From: Felis catus
Lineage: Eukaryota
Length of the DNA: 64,000 bases
NCBI RefSeq assembly: GCF_018350175.1
Contig: NC_058372.1
Location: 620,001-684,000 of the forward strand
Reading direction: 5' to 3'
Below, piece after piece: positions 60,666 to 64,000 of this stretch. The notes under the pieces were generated by a model, which searched no databases, was not told the origin of the DNA, and saw only the letters and a list, made by a program, of their open reading frames with translations. The first letter of the stretch is position 1. Each line of letters starts with the position of its first letter. A program made the position numbers and the translations under genes.

Positions 60666-61279
60666 AACTAATTGTATTTACTTACCTCTTACACGCACCA
60701 CACTTACTAATGAATGAGTTCTCGTGTAACGAGGAAAAGCTTGAATGCTCAGCTTTACTTTTCTGCCCACGGGTGCTGAGTCTGTTTTCTGAGGCTAGCT
60801 ATGATAAATCTCATCTCCTTCAAATGTCCCAAATGTGACCGTCACCTTTCTCTCAATCTAGGAACATCAACTCCCGGCAAAATAGCCCTCGTTCCGTTTG
60901 TGGACGTCCTGCACTCTGGGTTGTTCTTTGCAAACGTCACGAGTCAAAGCTCCAAGCCAGGTCTGCCGTCCCAGGGGCGGGAGAGCAGGGAGGTCGCATG
61001 CCTGTTGGCCTGGACTCTATCTGCTCTAGCGTCACCTGAGATCCTGTTTGTGCATTTGTTCATAACACATCACTGTTTATCGCACAGTAACGTGTGATGC
61101 CGGCACACGTAACACAAAAGCGCTTCCTGAGGTTGCACGTTATTGTGGATAGACAAGTACATGAGGTGCACTCACGAAAACCTAGCACAAAAATGTGCAT
61201 TCTTGCATACACACGTACACCCACACACAGAAACACACATTCCAATCCACACCGAGTAGCATAGTAATCACGAGTGTTT

Positions 61280-61480
61280 TGGAGCTATTCTATCTGGGTT
61301 CAAATCCTAATGCAGCCATCTAGGGCTGGGTCAAAGTCAACATTTCCTGGAACTATCTGTTCCTCAATTTTCCCATTTGGAAAAGGAGGTGACAGTGGTA
61401 TGTCCCTAACGAGGTTGCTATGATATTGAGTTAATTCCCATGAAAGCACCTAGAAAGTCGTTCAATGCGCAGTGAGGATC
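61280..61480 (+). mobile_element. MIR
   Basis: ctgggttcaaatccta...cctcaattttcccatttggaaaagg. Confidence 0.7.
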
Positions 61481-64000
61481 GGCCATGGCAGCGGCTGAGT
61501 CCAGGTACACTGTGGTGTTCGTCACCATAGATTTACCTTCACACACACTCCCTCTTGTGGGATTTTCATCCATCCCTGGTCATTTCTCCTGCCTCTTCTT
61601 CATCCCCATGTCATGTTTTGCTGTGCACCTGCCGTGATGGAAAGAGGAACAGCAGAAAACACACACACACCCACACACACATAAAGATGCCTCCTGAGTG
61701 TTATGTCCTGAGAAAAGATAGTTATGTTATGGATCGTTTCAATCTACTAATTTGGGTGTCCACGGAGCTATGCAAAAGGCCCAAAGCTAAGGATGGGAAC
61801 AAGTGATCTGATCTAAAACTGGGAAATAAGAAATAACAACTCTGTCTAATGACAGGGGCTCCCACATCAAGTAGTCTATTATAATGTACTTATACAGATA
61901 TTAAAGCATTTATAAACCTTTTTCCTGCATTGAAATTGTTTTTAACATCTATGTTTCCCATGAAAGCACACAACTCAGTGAAGCCTGAGGCAACAAAAAC
62001 AGACAATGACGTACTTATCTTTGTTTGTTTTTACCCAAAACATTTTCTTGAATTTCCTGACTCTTCAGTCAGGGTCTATAGACAGAAAACTCTGCCTGTG
62101 GGGAAGGTGTCAGTCCATTTGTCAGTTAGACACGTGCACAGGCCTCTTACCCTGCACATCTTCCCTCATATTGGGAAGACAGCAGTTTCCTGAGTGGTGC
62201 CAATGGAGGGACCAGGCGGAAAGTCCCCAGCAGAGAAGGACAACGTCTGACTCCTTCTCAAGCAGTGACATCCTGATGGTCTCCTTTCCTAAATGTCCCA
62301 CCCCGTTTGGACAGCGGACAGGAAATGCTGGGCCTGTTTTGGGGCTAGGAGTCGGGCAATGCTGGGGGTGGACGGCACGCAGTGGGGCCGCTCACACAGC
62401 CTAATGTGTGCTATGGCAGCTGTGGTGCTTTGGACTCCCAGTATGAACAAAAAAGTCATCCTATGATAAGGACATTTTAAAACCTCACAAGTTCAGGGAC
62501 AGTTGGAGAAACAGAATAACAGAGGCAGCAAAGGTCTGTGAGCGTTTCTAACTGTTGAACAAAGAACGGCACTCTGCCTGGAAATAAATACTAAATCATA
62601 TGACAATGAATGTACAGGACTCTCTGGAGGTGAGGGTACAACCAAATGCAGTCTCTTTTCCTCCCTCTCTGTCACTTGGCCTGATACTGAAGCAGGTAAA
62701 ATCCGATTGTTTAAATCACAAATCCTGCTGTTTTCAGGATTTACTGTGTTGGCCTTAGGGGACCTGAGGCCCATGTGGTGGAGACCAGCCTTACGTACAC
62801 TGATCACTGCTGCGCAGACAGTGAAGAACTGGAAGCAGAAAGGGCCTCCAGCTAGTACAGCAGCCGAGTTTGCACGTCGCTTCTGCTCTCACCTGACACC
62901 TTTTCTTGACTTAAAGTTTCTGACTCATCATTTTCACGTGAAGGAAGGATGATGAAGCCTCCCTATCTTTCTTGCTAAGTTGTTTTGAGTTAAAAATGCA
63001 AACACTGTGGAGGCAGACCATGAATAAAAAGTAAGAAATGGCCATGAAAATGCAATTAATCAGCATTAAAATCTCTTGTCTTCTAAAACAATGAATGAAC
63101 TCCTAGGACACTGCATGGAGTATTTTCTGTTGTTATCATTCTCTATTGTTAAAGTGTAACATATACAAAATAAATATATGCCATATAATATATAACTATA
63201 TTATTATCAGTCTATAAGAGTAACTTACGAAGGGTGTGATCAAGCAGACAGTAACGTCATATAACCTAAAGATATCCAAGTTTCATGCCCTGTGATAAAT
63301 TCTACTTATAGATTCCTATTCCATGTGATCAGATTAAGTGGCCCTTGGACACTGGCAAGATTCTGAAGGTTTACACTTCGACATGGACTTTCATGTATGA
63401 GATGTATGTATGGATGTATGAGAAGGATGTATGAGAAGTAGGAGGGAAATAAGGTGATTTTCATGCCCAGTCCTAAAAGCCAAGACAAACACTCTCTATA
63501 GACTTCTGCTTTGGAAATAACCCAGCACAAGATGATTGGCTTATCTCCACATAATGAGAAATGTTCCTTGACTGACTCATTCTCTTATTAATCTCCATTT
63601 TCATAACAAAATATTTCTTTTTTCCAATCAACCAAAGGAAAACTTGTTATACATTATTAGACACTGTATCTGAAACAGCACAGTGCCTGGCATACAAGAA
63701 ACACTCAGAAGTATTAATGTTCATTACAATGAAGTTTCCATTTCTAAAATGTCTGCATAGTAGATACAACCTATGTAAATGGCTCGTTATGGATTACGGA
63801 GGTGGTTACCCATTGCTTTCCACAATTTCCCCATAGTCGCTTCTTGGAGGACCTGAGGTGATGCCTTAACATAACGCAGCAGAAACTATTTTGTCATTTG
63901 ATTGGGTTAACGTGTACAGGACAATCTAGGTAGTTCATTCTCCAACAATAAGGTATTTCCATTTCCTATGAAGTAATTAATTTAGAACAACTCACAGCAA

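Noticed and set aside
4858-60717. Recurrent short ORFs such as MAQSVKRLT... and RQRETEHERGRG..., and tRNA-like SINE heads
   Set aside because: They are translations or portions of Can-SINEs, not proteins or tRNA genes.

Overview
Mammalian genomic DNA, almost certainly from a felid (abundant carnivore tRNA-derived Can-SINEs and cat-type L1 3' ends; draft assembly with N gaps). It is a piece of the MHC-linked (extended class I) olfactory receptor cluster. Four intact single-coding-exon OR genes are present: OR14J1 (-), OR2B4-like (-), an OR2-family gene (+) and OR10AL-like (-). The spaces between them hold more than 20 SINEs, L1, L2 and MIR fragments, and LTR relics. The most structured region is 16.9-24.4 kb. 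It contains an apparently full-length processed ARL2BP copy with an unbroken reading frame, no ATG and a retained CpG-rich 5' end. That copy shares one target site with an L1 fragment (three copies of the same target-site duplication, TSD). It also carries an antisense ERV1-type solo LTR whose inverted twin lies 2.7 kb away. Other notable items are a probable L1 3' transduction flanked by a ~75-bp duplication next to OR10AL, a twin-primed L1, a possible N-terminally extended OR2B4 isoform, and a candidate decayed multi-exon gene at 2.8-4.4 kb. I see no convincing wholly new biological system; the ARL2BP-retrocopy/LTR module is the best candidate and its function is inference only. Gene and repeat names come from recall of family sequences, not from database searches, and repeat boundaries are approximate unless a TSD is given.
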